Positions 60,418 to 64,000 of a stretch of 64,000 nucleotides of DNA are shown one piece after another. Source of the stretch: Marsupella aquatica. Its lineage: Eukaryota > Plantae > Marchantiophyta. Made by a program: the position numbers and the translations under genes. Location of the stretch: contig OZ316895.1 of NCBI GenBank assembly GCA_973895155.1, forward strand, positions 9,722,184 through 9,786,183, read 5' to 3'. Below the pieces are notes generated by a model. The model worked only from the letters and a program-made list of their open reading frames with translations. It was not told the DNA's origin and made no database searches. How positions within the stretch are numbered: the stretch's first letter is position 1; the number at the start of each line of letters is the position of its first letter.

Positions 60418-62996
60418 TTAACTCCAGTAATTGCCACATGAAATGGGTTTGGACCAGAGAAGGGAGCCGGGTTTGATCCGTCTCATGAGGCACTAGTTGC
60501 GGGAAGTGGCCTGCTCAAACTGAACTCGGTTTTCCAAAATGTCCACAACAGCAAGGCAGGAAAGTGTCAACTCGCAAGAGATTGTCGGCGTTTGAATTCG
60601 TATTTGAGCAAATCTCTTGTGTCATTTTTGCAATCAACTTATTGATTGGCGAGGTCCTTTGATGGCGCCCAGGAAATTCAAACATGGAGAGGAGGCTCAG
60701 CTGCGCCCAACTGATAAATATGCACTCGACCTTAACTCATCCGCCTTTCTGAAGAGCAGTATGATTTCTGTCTAATCAAAGAATTACCATTACTCCCCCG
60801 TAGTTAGTGTTAAGCCACCCCGCACTCAAAAGACGGATGACTTCACGTCTTCACAGACAGCTTTCATGTTCATAAATTTTTCATGGCAAAGACGTTATGG
60901 TATGGTTCATCTGGATATTTTTAGGTCAACTGTTATGGTCTGTTGAAGCATCAACTTCCCACTTCCCCCTTCCCCCTTCCCCACATAGTAGGGAAACTGG
61001 AAACTTTACTTTGGTGAGACCTGGAAGAAACGCCCTCACTTGCCTTGAAAAATCAACTCAAACGGTTTAGGCTTTAGTGCAAATTTTATTACTTGGGAAA
61101 AGTGCCAGAAAAGTACAATAAAAGAAAAATTGAAAAGTGGATTGCTTCTGTAGTAGGTGACTTGGTCCACACCGGGAACCTCTCACGGATTGGGCGGAGG
61201 TCCAAGTGTGAACAATTAGTTAGATATAGTCAATAACTGCAAGTGCATGGACAGAAGCATTCTACAGTCGGGCATGTCGTGTCAATCAGCTATGGAGGGA
61301 AATGTATTATTGGCTTCCTTGGTTTGCTATTTTTATAATATACTATAGATGACGCCATGTGATCATGCACAAGAATCCCCATGCAGGACCCCATTGTCAA
61401 GAATAGAATACCAAACCTTTCTGTTGCCAAACAGATTGGGGCCTACGGCTGTAAGGAGTAGACCATGAAAGGTAGACTTCACTCATGTATCAAAGCAGAT
61501 GTTTGACCATCTTCTCTCTGTAAATGCCAATCTTTGGGGAACTAATGTAGGAGTTTTGCACTTAGAGACCACTTAAATAAGTGCAAATTATCGGGTTAAT
61601 TTTAGTAATCGATCAATGAAAAAATTAGGTGAAAATTACAATTGCTGACAATAGCAATACACTAGTCATTGCCCCTTTCAATTAACAATGGATTTCAAAA
61701 CAGCCTACTTCAGAACTGAGCGAGTGTTTGGTAGAATCAATTTGTTAAGTAATACTAAATTAGACCTGGAGTGTAATACTAACCCAATCCTCATTAATTG
61801 CATACACAATCCTACAATAAGTGCAATTATAACAGAAATTTTGTCTTGTCAATTAATCACAAGTGTTGCCAAGACGATGCATTTACTTATTAGTTTCCAT
61901 CTGCAGTTTTCATAGGTCTTTCCTGCCACCCAAATTTTGCAATAAGCAACAAGCAAGTGAAGCTCCAAATCCATTGTTTCCCCATTGGGGGTTGATTGAT
62001 TATTTGCCGTCAATGTGATTTTGCCCTGACACTAATTTGCACTTACGGTGGCTTTACAAAAAGTGAAGGACCCATTGTTCTTTAATTTAGTTCCCGCTTA
62101 ATCTGAACAGTCTAATGAGTGGAAACTTCTCGAGTTGGCTTTGGAAGAACATGGGCCCACTAGGTTTGGTGTCTATCAACCTTACATGGCCCAAGAAGAT
62201 GCTGATGTGGAGAAATGTGTCTAGAATTTAAAACTACCTTCAGGGGTGGTCCAAATTCACTTCAACAGATTTTTGGTATGGTGCCCATCTTAAGAACAAG
62301 AAGGGCCATCCTGTTTGCTTTGGTGAAAAATAGTCACTAGTGGAGGGGACTCTTTGTAAAGTCACCCTTTAGAACAAGAAGTGCCATGTTTCATGCATCA
62401 AAGAATGCATACATACGATAAGTTTGCTCCAAGGGTCCACCACTCGTGGAGTCAACGGGCAGCCAATGAAAAGGGCAGTCTCAGGCACTTGGGCCATGGT
62501 CCCCTGCTCCCAGCTATTGACTATGTCAGGTTGTGAGTTTCAAACAACTCCCAAGTAATCCATTTTTTCCATATGACTTACCCACAACATGTGGTACAAA
62601 GTATGGACTGCAACCAGTCATGGAGAGGCAGGAGCAGTCCAGGTGGGTAGCGGGGAGCACCAAAATGAGGGGCGTCAGGGGAAGCAACTCTCCCCACTCC
62701 CCACAGAAGTGCCCCTTGCCCCAAGTGTGCGCTCCTTGGCTTTTGCTAACTCACAGATCTCCTGACCGTACTCCTCATTTGTAAGCAATCCTCGTTGCAT
62801 GGAACCTTAAGCCTGATGGTAATTGTACATAAAAAATGAGCAGCATAAGGTGTATTGTGCTATGACAAGCTTTCACTAGTTGAATCTATTTTCCATTTCA
62901 TGTTAAATCCAATCATTTTTTGTATCAGTGAGTGTTGCTCCTTCTCCTTGTCCAGTTGCTCGTCCAGTTGCTGCTGCTTTTTGATGTGCAGTTATC

Positions 62997-63178
62997 ATGA
63001 CCCTAACCGTGCCATACTTACTATGACCTGCTTGTTTACGTGCAGTTACCTTGACCCTAACCACGCTATACTTACCATCACCCAAACCTTGCCATTAGAG
63101 AGGGATTATTGAATATTTTTATGACCCTGACCGTGCCATACTTACCATGACCCGAAACTTGCCATTAGAGAGGGATTC
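62997..63178. repeat. Short diverged tandem repeats
   Basis: TGACCCT(A/G)ACC..GC(C/T)ATACTTAC three times and CTTGCCATTAGAGAGGGATT twice. Confidence 0.75.
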
Positions 63179-64000
63179 TTGTATACTTTTCTCATTACTT
63201 GCATGTGATTTTTGCCTTGCACGAGGTTGCACTTAGAGATGGACTAATTATTCGCCAGGAATTCTGCACGAGACATTATTTAACAGCCGGGAAAAGGACC
63301 TGGGGGCGGCCGGAGCCCCGGTCCAGGATGCATGGATTATGTATATAATATAGGATAGAAACAGAGAAGTGAACTGTAGCAAGTCAACTCTTTAAATTAA
63401 GATAATCTGATGGGAAGCTGCACGGTTGGCAACGCGTATCAATCTGCTACGCTATGGATAACTTCGTGGAAAGTTGATTGTGGGTCTCGAGCAATTATTC
63501 CGTCGCTCGTCAGCTACTCGTCGGCGGAGGTGGGTAGCTGAACAGAAGAGGTTTCGATTCTCAGGCGCAACTGGGGAAGAGATTCCCGTGTACAGTGACG
63601 AGTGAAATGAATGAATCTCCCTTCTCTGCGACCTTCCTTGATCCCTCTGATTGCGAGCACGCGAGGTGGAGGGATGAGGACTGACCGAGCAGTCCAGTGG
63701 GTTGCAGACAGAGGTATTCACCGCTGAAGCATGAACCGCACCTAGTACAGACAGTTAGCCCTGTACTGAGATACAAAGAGAGACTGTTATCTACAGAAGT
63801 GATTGAAGTCTTGCATAATTGCCCAGCAGATGACTAGGAATTGCAGCACAAGCCTCAAATCATTCCAGTTTCAATTGAGCAGTGAGAGAGGTAGGAAATA
63901 TTGTAGATTGACTTGGAATTCGTGAATTCCAACCAGCCCAGTCATATTGAACACCCTCTGCTAGTCTTCGTTGCTAATCAGTCAATAAGCAAGTCGACCG

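Noticed and set aside
61578-62045. 13-bp inverted repeat TAAGTGCAAATTA suggesting a MITE
   Set aside because: Short and AT-rich, with no TSD I could confirm.
63452-63776. Overlapping minus-strand ORFs at the window end
   Set aside because: Short, with no recognisable motifs or clear splice model; cannot be supported.

Overview
Eukaryotic land-plant DNA with spliceosomal introns, read by eye without database searches; a bryophyte-like source is a guess. The left half has three intact host genes: prefoldin subunit 3 (13681-16210), an intronless 6-phosphogluconate dehydrogenase (20444-21916) and a caleosin/peroxygenase with a transit-peptide-like N-terminus (27214-30526). These sit among a 5'-truncated L1-type LINE with a 17-bp TSD, small Helitron-like elements, solo LTRs and hairpins. 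The main feature is a ~23-kb DNA transposon (34590-57716) with terminal inverted repeats AACCCCAATTTAAGGAA and an ATAT target duplication. It carries a decayed Sola1/DUF7869-type DDD transposase on the + strand. On the - strand it carries a large spliced cargo: three F-box-like repeats, a ParB/Srx-like domain, a degenerate amino-methyltransferase-like region, acidic and K/E/A coiled-coil tracts, a Ulp1 protease, and three FCP1/SCP-like HAD domains. About 21 copies of a 16-bp CpG-rich dyad motif (ACGCG[A/C][C/A]-NN-GTCGCGT) lie in the element's introns and spacers, and I saw none outside it. I infer an element-encoded, sequence-targeted chromatin or anti-silencing system. This copy is pseudogenised and contains three nested insertions.
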